Shown: positions 1 to 10,708 of the stretch, in pieces | Layout of the letters: the number at the start of each line of letters is the position of its first letter | Position numbering within the stretch: position 1 is the stretch's first letter | From: Psammoneis japonica | Lineage: Eukaryota | Assembly (NCBI GenBank): GCA_008632985.1 | Contig: QPGO01000114.1 | Coordinates: 248,001 to 268,509, forward strand | Length of the DNA stretch: 20,509 nt | Direction: 5' to 3' | Position numbers and translations under genes: made by a program | The notes under the pieces: generated by a model | Seen by the model: the letters and a program-made list of their open reading frames with translations, nothing else | Databases searched by the model: none | What the model was told of the DNA's origin: nothing

Positions 1-3000
1 ACAAACTCCTCTGCTGGTTTGAACAAGGACTGGTCAGTGTGGTGGGGAAATGGATCACAGCCAAACAACTTGAGCACTGAAAGTTGCACTCAATTGACAA
101 CATTGTGACATGGCATGCCAAAGTCATGGCAATCACCACATCACATCCCAGCATTTGTGCTGCATTGACGTGTGTGACAAGGAGAAGCAAGAAGTGCCCC
201 ACCTCTGCACCAAACTTGATTGCAAAACATTGGGTGCACATTCTGGCTGTCCGACAGCTCAGATGCTGGAATCTTCCCCGCACACCTCACATTTGCAATT
301 TGGGCCTTCAAAACACTGCAAAGCCACAAATGCAGACATGGATCCAATGCCGCACACTCCTTTAAGTCCTCACAGATTTTCATGATTCTCCAGTCTGCAT
401 TCTGGCCAAACTTGTCAATGCATGCCTCAAGAAGTCAAGCACAGAGTTTTTGCATGCTGCAGCCCTCCAGATGATTGGAGCCCAGTTGTTTTGCTAACTC
501 CATTGTTTCAATTGCTCTTGGCGGTGCACTGATTTCCAAGAGCATGGCATCCACCAACATCAAATGAGACATTCATGGCAGCAGGAATGCCTTTTGGAAG
601 CTGGCGGCATGTCAGCTGCATCAAAAAGACCTGTTTCTGTCAAGTCAAGAACCACGACTTTATCGCAGAGCTGGGGTGGAAAGCATGTCTGAACCACCCG
701 CGTTGTCAATCAAATGCATTGGCTGACAATGCCACCCATGGGACTCAAGAGTGCCACACTTGCCACAGTGGATGCATTTGTGCTCATTCAGAGCCAACCT
801 TGTGGATTTCCCATTGTGCCCAAATGGGTCAAAATGAAAAACCCATGCAGCCCCCTTTGCCCAATTAAAAGGGTCAAGAGTCAGAAGTGACACAGCTGAA
901 ATGTTGGGCGGATGCCACTGCTGCTTGCTGTTCTCACATGCACCTGCATTGCTGGAGCTCATGACTGCATTCTTGACTCCTTCCAAGCAATTCAACAGCA
1001 GTGAGCCAGGCTGGGGTTTGCACTGAGACAACTCACACTCTTCTTTTTTGTTGCTTTGCTGATGTCATGTTCAGTGTCTTCATCACAGTCTTCATCATTG
1101 TCGCTAAAACGCGCCTCGTCATCGTCGTCACCTTCCTCCTGTCCTTGTGCCAACCCAGTTCTGGCAATGTCTGCAGCTGCAGCGAGCCTCTCCAGTGCCT
1201 GAATTTGCTTTTCCTCATCTCTCTTCTGTTTGTTGAGACACTCTTGTGCCAGAGCCTCTTGTCTTTCCCTTGCTCTGTCTGCTGGCAGCTCTGCTTCTGC
1301 TGCTTTCTGCTGCTTGGCTTGTTGCTTGCACCAAGCTTCTGCAACTGTCAACACCAGCTGAGCACTCTGCTTTTGAGCCAATTCTTTGTTTTGATCATGC
1401 TTGGCTCCAAAAACAGCTCCTTGTCCTTTGGCGTGCGAGACTGGTCTGCCAGACCCCTTTCCATTGCTGCCACTGCTGGCTCCGCCTGTGGCAATGGTGC
1501 TTCACAATGTGAGTGTGAGAGCAATGGAAAGCATTTGTGAACATCTGGGTTGCTGCAGTGTGATGACTCCTCTTGCTTTGCTTGAGTCAAGTCAATCAAA
1601 AAGCTCTGCCCACGCCAGGTGAAAAAATGCCTTTTGCACCACATGGATCTGTGCGGAGTGTTCCTGATCTTTCATTGTGCTCATTTGTTGGATGAAAAAG
1701 GTTGTTGGTGTGCAACGACCAACTCAGGTCAACACGTTGCCTTTCATTGACATCAACAAGCACCGGCACACAAACCCTGTTTCACCTCTGGAAAAGTCAA
1801 AGCATTTGGGATGTCACAATGGAAAGTGTCTCAAGCCAAGCTCTGGGTGCACACTGAGGGTGCCATCTCCAACAGCTGCTTCTTTGCAAAGATGACAATG
1901 CCCATCATTGCAAACAAAGTTCAACCTCAAATGATGCCAGTGGAGAGGTGCCTTGTGCACCACTGCACTGGCTTGTCAAAGAACCAAATGACATTGCCAA
2001 CAAAATGTTGCGCTGCACCTGTTGGCTCAAAGTTGTGCTGCTCTCAACTCCCAAACCGGGGTCGACAATGGGACACTTGGAAAATCTTAAAATTCATCTT
2101 TGCCCAACAACTTTGCTTCCTTGCATTCTTTCACATTCACGATGTGATGTCTGGCTGCTGTCGCAACTTCAACCTGCATCTTCACTCACTTTCACCCTGT
2201 GTTGTCTCACATGCCCCTTCCTTTTTTCCACTGTCCACCATCCACTGCCCCCCTCATCTTTCCCTCCTCCACACATCTGACAGACCACACCCTCTCAATT
2301 GGTCAGGGAAACTGACGACACAAACCAGCTGCTTGGAGCACCTTGAATCATCAGCCAGCAGACACACGCACAGACGTGCAGACAGGCAGAGCCCATGATC
2401 TTCAAAACTCATGTGTGTTGAGCACATCCACACATCAGTCCCAGCAGCTCTGCTTTTCCACAGCATGTCAAGCCCAGCCGGTGTTTTTTCATCCTCAACT
2501 CCCAGGGTGCTCATCAAAGGAATGCAAGAGTGGCTCAAATTGAAGCAGGGCATTGACCCACAAAACATTCTTGCCCAAACTTCCTTCAGCAAAAGTTGTG
2601 GCAAAGCTGTGAGCACTGGCCTGGGGGCAAAAATGAGAGCCATTGAGAAGGCGGGTGTTGCCATTGTTGTTGCTGGGGAGGGCCAATTTGCTGCGTTTTG
2701 CTGCTGCCATCAACACATCATCTTGAGACAGCATCCAACTGAAAGCTGTCCAGCCTTGAAATGCACTGCAGTGCTTTTTTTAAGGTGCTCTTGCAGCAGC
2801 TTGCTGCTGCGCAGCAGCAGCAGAGCCACCATGCAAAAGCAGGCAAGGATCAAGACTCTTTTGTCTCTTTTTGTCTTTCTTTGGTTGCTCACAAGGCAGC
2901 CACAAACCATGCAGGTGCGCACCATTTTTTGTGTTGGTGTGATGTGTTGATTGTCAATGAGCTCAGTCTTTTGGTGTTTGGCGTGGCACTGCCATCTCAC

Positions 3001-3723
3001 ACTGTTCTTCTGGGGACTGCTCATTCACCCAAAAAAGCTCTTTTTGTTGATGCAACAAGGCTGGTGCAATTTTTGGCAGCTCGTCAATCCAGTGGCTCTG
3101 GGATGTGCCCACACTTGCTTTTGGAGCCATTGTTGCAATGGGCGGCAAGCAGCAAAGGCAAGATCAAACATGGCAAAGTGAGCTGCCACAATTGCCCACA
3201 GATCGCCACACTTTGTTGCTCTCAGTTTGCTGCTGCACAGAGGTTGTTGGCTGTTTTCTGGTCATTGAAACATCTCTCTCTTGCTCTCTTTGTTCTGCTC
3301 TTTTTTTCTCCCTCCTTGCTCTCCCAGCATCAATTTTCCAAGCTGCTGGATGCATTTGGGGGTGTTGCTGCTGTGCAAACCAACCACCTGTGTTGGGCTT
3401 CTTTTGCAATCTTCCTTGTGGCTTGTGGCAACATTGTCAGCTGGTCAGGGTGTGCCTTTGTGTCGTGGAACATGACAAAGACTTTTTTTGCTGGTGGGTG
3501 CTGAGCTGCAGCAGGCAACGACAGCTGCAGTGTGCAACTGTCACACGCACATCTGCGATCACACATCACTCATTTGTGGGTCAATTGCACCACAGTCGTG
3601 GATGCGCGTGAAGGACAGAACGATCATGCAGAGTTGATCGGAAGTCGAAAACTGCAAAAAAGACATTGGCCCTTGGTGTCCATGTGAACAAAATGACATC
3701 AGAGAGAATGCTCGATGCAGTGC

Positions 3724-3725
<2 letters not shown>

Positions 3726-3795
<70 letters not shown>
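3726..3795. repeat. (CA)35 microsatellite
   Basis: Uninterrupted CA run, 70 bp. Confidence 0.98.
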
Positions 3796-3797
<2 letters not shown>

Positions 3798-4218
3798 CAG
3801 AGCGAGAGACAAACAACGACAATCTCGAAAGACATTTGGAAATTGAAATGGCCCCATGCTGGCCCACATGAAACAACAACAGTCATTGCCCAATGGCACA
3901 ATGCAGTTAAAACGCGGAGACATCATTGACGCTGTCAATGTCCGTCGAGTGATTCCGTGGCTCCATGTCAGCCGCCACCGCCAGAAAAAGTTCTGCTCTC
4001 ACATGCATGTGGACCAATGCTTGCACTCTCTTTGCAAACTGGAAAGATGGACAAAGCCTGAATGGCACTGAGAAGAGTTGCGCATGTCATCAGTGCCTCC
4101 CAGATGTCTCTGGCACACAGGACAGGCACAACTTGAGAGAAAGCCAGGCCACCGGAGTGAGCAAGAAAAGTGTGCAGCAGCTGCTGCTCTCTGCTCTGTC
4201 TCTAGAGCAGCGCCACTG

Positions 4219-4244
4219 CTCTCTGCTCTCTAGAGAGCAGAGAG
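4219..4244. repeat. 26-bp perfect palindrome
   Basis: CTCTCTGCTCTC-TA-GAGAGCAGAGAG; a related half-copy lies at ~4187-4210. Confidence 0.9.
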
Positions 4245-4431
4245 AGTGTGTGCACATTCGTTCCATTCATCTCAAGGGGGGGTCATTTGCTGCTTTTTTT
4301 AGCTCGAATTCGACCGAGTGGCTCGTGATTTGCACGATTTTTCTTGAATTTCACCGTGCTTCACCGTGGTGAAAACATCAAGCCACAAGTTAGTGACGGA
4401 GGTGCTGGTCCGTCTGCCAACTCTCATTCAT

Positions 4432-5046
4432 TCATGTTTTTTGTGCACCGCAGGTCACACGTGCATCAAATGTTTGTGGATGGACCACTGTGTTTTGGAG
4501 CCATGCCGACATTGCTGTCATCGTGCTTTGATCGTGGCATGCATGTGTCAGAACTGGTTTCACACCTGGAAGGAGGTGGAAAATCACTTTCCAGAAGACT
4601 TTGGGGTCTTTGTCGAGATCGCGGGTGTCAGCGACGAATGGCCAGCATGGGTTGAATGGCAAAACATCCGATCGACAATTTCATCCCCGCAGTTCATTCG
4701 TCAAGTTGTTGAAAAGGTTCATGCCTTAAAGTTGCACAGGGCCAGGAATGCACGGATGCTGCCCGTCTGGGGTGTTGATCTTCAAGTCGCGAAGGTCCAG
4801 GTTTTGGACAGATGCGTGAACATCTCTTTGGGCAAGAAGATGCATTTTTCATTTTTGAAAAACGGAGAGCTTCATTTGTGTCGCCCAAAATTCTTGTGCA
4901 GACATCACCCTGACATGAAGTTGCAACATGCAGACGGTCTTCGTTGTTGCCACCATAGGGCCCTCTCTAGAGCATACGATGGAGAACCCCTCTGGCCATG
5001 ATCTCGAAGTCGCCCCACCTACATTAGATAACCCCGATAAACACAA
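4432..5046 (-). pseudogene. Degenerate ORF of unknown (probably TE) protein
   Basis: ORFs 4849-5046 and 4432-4662 lie in one minus frame that reads as protein throughout (FWATQMKLSVFQK*KMHLLAQRDVHASVQNLDLRDLKINTPDG...VLPFNPCWPFVADTRDLDKDPKVFWKVIFHLLPGV), broken by two TGA and one TAA. Confidence 0.5.
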
Positions 5047-5439
5047 ATTTTCTAGGAATCAATAGGAATAGAATTAACGATTTAGACAACTCGTTGTACA
5101 CCTACGGTTTTTTACTGCCACGGAGCTTGTTACATGGCTGTTTTGATAAGCAAAACCTGTCAGAAGTAGGACAATGCTGCTGTGCTTCGTAATCTCTGCC
5201 ATCCGCAGTCATCCGGGAAACTGAAAACTCTCATACGAGAGACTTCTTTCCGGCCATTGCAAGTCATGGTCAAGCTTCGTTCAAGCTTCAAGCAACAAGT
5301 ACCAGAACAGCTAGAAGTAGCTAGTCATAAACCTGTGCTACTGTATGTACTCGATAATCTTCATCCCCGCAGGGTAGAATACCAAGGCTCTAATCACGTT
5401 ACACCACCGGCAACTTATTCAACTCAATAAGCGTGGCAT

Positions 5440-6734
5440 CAAAAGCTTCCCTTCTCCGGTACTGGTCGGAAGGCCCAAGTAACGATAGGGGCAGTCCACT
5501 AGCTAGACTAGAGCATTCCCTTCTGCTCTCGTAGGTACGCGATCCGGATCGTTGAGAGTTTGAAACTGATGGTTTGTAAAGTTTTCGAGAACGTCAGCAT
5601 TCAGCGTGACACACGGATACTCACGTTTGAAGGTAGACACGTCCACCGTCGTGAATTTGTACACATCCGGAAAGCTCTTTGTTAGGTTGCACCAAATATC
5701 GTGAGTATCGGAGCTCCAACGGCCTACCAATCTGTTCCGCCAGCACTCGAGCTTGCGTAATCAAGTCGGCGCCAAACTTTGTGACAATGCCTGCCATCTC
5801 AATGGAACGCCATAGCGCGCTCCCTTCCTCATGACGTACCCGTAGAAACTGTTGAGGATACACTTGTGGGCGACTTGAAGCGAGTCGTACAACAAAACCT
5901 TGTCTTCGGCCTCCTTCTTTCTTCGACGATGCTGGGACCGTCATGTCGCCTTGCCAACCTGCTTCTTCCAAGTCTTCGTCATTCTCAAGTACTCGTAGCG
6001 ACGATCACGAAACTGTCGCACCGAATCCACGTAAAAGTCATTGTCTCACATGCAGACCGTGTCAGTGCGGAGCACTTCCTCTGTCACCCTGGTTTTCGTA
6101 CAAGCATTCTGTGCGTAGGTCTTTAGACGGCTGGCAACCAGCCAGCCTGCCCCTTGTCGGCCAACTCATGAAAATGCCGTCAATCGGAAAGAGTCTCGCA
6201 AGAGAGCTGGTCTTTGGTACGGTCGTACTCATTCTTGATGACAGGGTTGTAGTCACCACGCCATACCCAATCCATCTTGCCACTGCAGCCATTCTTGGAT
6301 TGATTAAAGTTACACGAAGCACAGGTAGCGTCGTCCACAATGGCTCCCGGTTGTAGGCGATTCGTCAGAATGATATTTGGATACATGGCACAACGTCCAA
6401 ATGGTAAACATATTCGAATATGGCTTTGCCACCCGATTGGGTCAATCGCTAAACATCTCGAGCTTCTCGACAATCTGACAAGGAATCGGATTGAAAAAAA
6501 GAAAAGAGAATACCGTGAGTACAGTACAAAGCCACAGAACAAACATCAATTATACAAGACCTTACCTCGTCATGGTTGCAAATCTCGGTTTGATCCATAT
6601 CACCCTCCACTTCAATCGCAAAGGTAAGATCCCGATAGGCCTTGTCAATCAAGCCCTGTCAATCAAGCCCTGAAAAGAGCGCTCGGTTGCAAATTAAACT
6701 TGTACTCCATGTCCGAGCGGTAGACACCTGTCTC
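5440..6734 (-). pseudogene. POLE: DNA polymerase epsilon catalytic subunit, internal fragment, frameshifted
   Basis: Colinear motifs across frames: [161 protein letters not shown]. Several frameshifts and stops; intron-like GTAAG...TCAG at ~6565-6475. Confidence 0.93.
6643..6670. repeat. 14-bp tandem duplication inside the POLE pseudogene
   Basis: TGTCAATCAAGCCC x2. Confidence 0.9.
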
Positions 6735-7152
6735 ACGCGCGTAGATCGTCCACGAAAGCTCTGTCACGATGTGCTGTACCTGAGAGAATTTTTGTGGGGC
6801 GAAAAACGATTCGCTCGCCAAAAACACACACAACAACACGATACATCAACAGCACTTCAGACAGCTCTCTTCGGAAAGCAGAGCAGTAACACCTCGACCC
6901 AATACTTCCTTTTTCATTTACATTGTCTTCTTCATTTATGATGGTAAGTAAAGTTCAGTAGCACTGTGGGTAATGGAGAAAATGTACAATTTAGACTTAC
7001 AGCCTCAGTGTTTTTTCCTTTGCGTTTGCCGTCAGGTGTTTCGGCATTGGCGTCTCTCCGGATGCAATTTCCCCGGTAATTATGCGTTCTCAGCATCAGA
7101 CATGTCCTACATGACAACATATCAAAAGGGTCCGGCAGTATCATAACTGTGA

Positions 7153-8316
7153 GTTGATCGCTCCGAATAGGTTTGGTTGCATGTCTAATTTTGGTGATAC
7201 AAAACGGTACGCAATTTTCACGAGCTTGTATTTTTCCTGTTTTTACAGTTTGTGGTTGGGATAGATATCAAAGCAATACTCTCATCTAATCTATTATCTG
7301 TTTATTGTGCCATTACCACAGGAAGTATCTGTTAGTTGATCGCATCTGAATTGGGTTGGCTGCAAGTATTGTTTTGGCGAAGCAAGATAATGGTACGCAG
7401 TTTTTATGCGCTCGTATTAGCTGCTACATGGTTCACGGCTTGGATTGCTACATATCGAACATATACTCTCACGGACTCTATTGTCTATATCTTGTGCCAA
7501 TGTCACAGGAGATATAAATCAATTCGTATCCAATCTGAATTGATTTGCTTGCATCTATTTTTTGGAGAATCAAAACGGTACGCATTTCTTATGAACACGT
7601 ATTCTCCGCATTGTGCAGTTTATGGTTTGGATAGCTACATATCGAATAAACACTCTCATGGACTCTTTTGTCTATTTCTTGTGCCAATGCCACAGGAATT
7701 GTCAATGGACTTAGTTGACGCTTCACGGGCTGTCGTGCATGCATGCGTGATAAAGCACATCGGGGTCCACAGTTTTGTACAGTCATTACGGATGAGCTGG
7801 GTATGAACAGAAAGGCAAGATTCAACTGTGCACCATTGTCTATTACTCTCCTTCATCTATTGTTTTGGTGGTTCAAAGCGGTACGCATTCCTTATGAGCT
7901 AGTATGTTCCGCTTTGTAAGTTTGGTTTCTATGACTGCATATCAAAGCAATGCTCTCATGGACTGTGTTGTCTGTTTCTTGTACCATTACCACAGGAACT
8001 ATCTGTTTCTCGTAACATCACCACAGGAACTGTCTGTCAGTTTATCAAATCCGAATTGATTTGGATGCATCTATTGTTTGGGAGATTTAAGACGGTACAA
8101 TTTATCATACACCCACGTTCTCCGCTTTGTGCAGTTTATGGCTTGGACAGCAACATGTCGAAGAAATATTCTCACGAACTCCATTGTCTACTGCTTGTGC
8201 CTTGGCCATGGGAATGTCAAAAATCCTTTTAGCTTGATGGGCTGTTGTGCGTGCATGCGTGGTGTTGCGTCGGTGTCCGCAGCTTTGTATCAACATTATG
8301 GATGAGCTAGGTATGG
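7153..8316. repeat. Five diverged ~185-bp tandem units plus a twice-repeated ~80-bp spacer
   Basis: Anchor (C/T)GGTAC(G/A) at 7205, 7391, 7576, 7879 and 8093; shared ..TCTCAYGGACT..TTGTCT..TGTGCC...CACAGGA; spacer GGGCTGT...GGATGAGCT.GGTATG at ~7727-7805 and ~8240-8316. Confidence 0.88.
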
Positions 8317-8369
8317 CAATGTGTTGATAGCCAGATCTTGAAGCAATGTTACCAATAAGGAATGCAGTC

Positions 8370-8842
8370 AAATCTATGAACTGTCGGTCCCTTCCATTGT
8401 CTGATGTAGTACAAGGATCAGCTTAGATCCTATCTAGATCTCCCCTTTCGATGGGCGGAACTCGGAACAGTCTACCGGTAGGTTCAGTTCTCATGTTGTG
8501 CTTTCGTGTTGAATGTTCTACTTCTCTGGAATTAACGCTTACCTCGCAAACTCTGGCTGTTCTGTGTGCAAGAAGCAAGAGGTCGGGTGCCTTGCATGTG
8601 CTGATGCGCGTCCGTGGTTTTACACAAGACGAGCTAGAGTACAAGACAAGATTGTTCAAGAACTAGACTTGACCGTAACGATTCTTTCTTGCTTTGGTTT
8701 TGATGAGTATGACATTGTGCTTTCAATGTGACCAGAACAGCAACGCATTCCAATCACGGCTGTCGTAGGTGTGAAAATAGTGGAGTCCGGCAAGCTCACG
8801 GTTCGTAGCCGTAAAGAAGGCGACCTTGCTTTATTCAGCATC
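8370..8842 (+). pseudogene. thrS: Threonyl-tRNA synthetase (bacterial/organellar type) fragment, frameshifted and internally deleted
   Basis: K.MNC..FHCLM.YKDQLRSYLDLPFRWAELGTVYR; intron-like GTAGG...AG at ~8478-8572; RSGALHVLMRVRGFTQDE; LDLTVTILSCFGFDEYDIVLSM*PE joined directly to anticodon-domain QRIPITAVVGVKIVESGKLTVRSRKEGDL. Confidence 0.9.
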
Positions 8843-9803
8843 TATGCTTGTGATTACCTTTAGCAATGGCTTGATAGTCAGAATCCCAGAAGTAACCCAG
8901 TTTTGAGTAATGGCATTGTTGGGTTTCCCTTTTCTCAAACGCAAAACAATAGGCCGGGCACATAGATGCGGCAGAGTCGTCAAGCTTTCTTATTTTATTG
9001 CAACAGAGTCTATTCTACTAGAAATCTGTTTCTTCTAGGCTCTCAAGGCTAGAAGTAGAAGTGGGAATGGAGATCACAGTTTCATTGAAATGCTCCTAGT
9101 GCCACGTAAAGGATCCAACTCGATATGAGCTCCGTCCTTGGTAGCAGAACGTATGGACTTATAATTCCATTCCTCTCCATCAACTTCAGGTGAAAATGGA
9201 GCCTTGTAATAACCATTTCACCTTTTCCTTTGAAGCCCTGTCCAACCAAGTGAATAAATGATGCTCTCAAAGCAATGGTCGATCCCTTTTTCCAGCATGG
9301 AACTCTGTAATAAGCCAACAGCGGATGCGCAGTCTTGGTGGCGATTCAGCACTGAGCAATCTCTTTGCAATGGCATTCGGAATCACTCCAATGCCATTGG
9401 CACAGATCACATGCCAGCAACTGTGACCTTGGCATGTTGTATTGAGTATATGATGTCAGCACAAGTGATTGTGTTGTCGGTTGTGGCAGAATATGAACGC
9501 AAACTTGTCGGTTGTTGTGCGTTGCGTCGCGGTGAATTTGTAATTATTTCGGGTTTCGCCCCACAAAAATTCTCTCAGGTACAGCACATCGTGACAGGCG
9601 GAAGTACCAGCGTGATCCACCTCATCGTTTTGTCGTTCGCGCGCGCGCTGAGTGTGCGAATGCGCGTGTGCGAACGACAACAGACGATTTATGCACCTCT
9701 GCCCAGCGCAGCATGCACACCGCCGCAGCAATGATCTTGCTGCGCTGTTGCCGCTGTGCTATTGAAGCAAGAAATCCCGTTATTCTTAATCATAGCACTC
9801 ATC

Positions 9804-10331
9804 ATGTCTACTTATATGCTTCATCACAGTGCCAATGAACGCCGCAAAGTCATGCTGGAAAAGCTCGGTGGTCGCAAAGTCTTACACGAGGCGATTGACA
9901 AGTTTTACGACAAGCAAATCCACGATGAAACCTTGATGAAGTACTTTGAAGGCGTCGACGTTCAAATTATTAAATGGCATCAATTCAATCTCATGTCGAT
10001 TGCCTTTACAGAAATTCCAGAAAACTTTGACGTAATGCAATTATTGCTTACGAGGCACAAGCGTCTGTTTGATCTCGGATTGTGTGAACGGCATTTTGAT
10101 TTAGTAGCTGAGCACTTTTCAGATACTTTGCACGAAATGAATGTAGACGAAAAGCTCCAAAAGGAAGCTTTGGAGGTTGTAATGCCACTTCGTGATGTTT
10201 TTGAGCAGGGTGCAAAGGAAGCTCAGGAGCGGAAAAAGGAAGAAGCGTTTCGGCGACAAGTCATTCTGGCGGTTCTGGTGGGCGTGGTGGCTGTGGGTGT
10301 TGTACGGTTTGTTCGATCCAAGAAACATTAG
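9804..10331 (+). CDS. Group I truncated (2/2) hemoglobin with C-terminal transmembrane tail anchor, 175 aa
   Basis: Intact ORF from ATG 9804 to TAG. LEKLGG...AIDKFY (B9-B10 FY), L.KYF.GVD, HQ (E helix), RH.RL (proximal His), GL.ERHFD.VAEH. Then a charged linker, hydrophobic VILAVLVGVVAVGVV and basic RFVRSKKH. Confidence 0.9.
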   Translation: MSTYMLHHSANERRKVMLEKLGGRKVLHEAIDKFYDKQIHDETLMKYFEGVDVQIIKWHQFNLMSIAFTEIPENFDVMQLLLTRHKRLFDLGLCERHFDLVAEHFSDTLHEMNVDEKLQKEALEVVMPLRDVFEQGAKEAQERKKEEAFRRQVILAVLVGVVAVGVVRFVRSKKH

Positions 10332-10708
10332 AATAGAATACCGTCGTCGAGTGATCATGAGGCAGAGAATCTCTGATCAATTTGAAATTTTTGGCGAGTT
10401 CGAGATTGTGGAACGCTCCAGAAAGAATAGATAGGAAACTAATCTAAAGGTAGGAGAGACTTGTTTGAAGCTGATAAATCAACAGGTTTCTCTCAGCTCG
10501 TATCCATGCCAAATACACTCTACACTAGGTGGTCTAATGGGGTATGTTAGTGATAGTACCATAAAAGTGTTCTTCTGTATGTGTTGGAAGGTCAAACATA
10601 GGTATAGGCGGAGATTGAAGGTGGGAAAGGTTGAACCATAAGTCCAAGGACTTTCTCTCTAGAGGAATACAAATAATACCTCTTATTCCAACCGGAGACT
10701 GCAATAAA

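Larger units (their letters stand above)
1..4950. mobile_element. TpA/CpG-depleted decayed repeat or TE relic block with minus-strand ORF remnants
   Basis: By eye about 8 TA dinucleotides in 1-4190, all in TTA/TAA context. ORF-track peptides contain no Tyr and are Cys/His-rich. Minus-strand remnants include a coiled/acidic tract (992-1381) and CxxC...GWxxxP (660-1031). TE identity is inferred; no catalytic motif was recognised. Confidence 0.55.
6761..9597. mobile_element. Non-autonomous TIR element (44-bp perfect TIRs) carrying internal repeats and a ThrRS fragment
   Basis: 6761-6804 CTGTCACGATGTGCTGTACCTGAGAGAATTTTTGTGGGGCGAAA is the exact reverse complement of 9554-9597. No TSD and no intact transposase seen. 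Confidence 0.8.

Noticed and set aside
4272..4300. TCAAGGGGGGG as a mutated TTAA target plus Kolobok-like TIR start
   Set aside because: No partner inverted end found in the window; too short to support
1..4950. Classical fungal RIP as the cause of the skew
   Set aside because: RIP depletes CpA/TpG and enriches TpA; the opposite is observed
84..5001. Many overlapping 60-250 aa ORFs on both strands
   Set aside because: Artefact of TA loss, which removes TAA/TAG stops; the peptides are Tyr-free, Cys/His-rich and overlap in all frames
7153..8316. CRISPR-like array
   Set aside because: Units are ~185 bp and diverged along their whole length; no short identical repeats with unique spacers; eukaryotic context
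8513..8731. CSVC...CLAC zinc-finger ORF
   Set aside because: Alternative-frame reading of the ThrRS remnant and its intron
9082..9430. Minus-strand remnant beginning MPRSQLLACDLCQWH inside the right TIR as the element's own gene
   Set aside because: Frame-broken with no recognisable motif; not enough evidence to call
9756..9803. Upstream extension of the globin ORF resembling a signal peptide
   Set aside because: Starts at GTG; in a eukaryote the first in-frame ATG (9804) is the likely start
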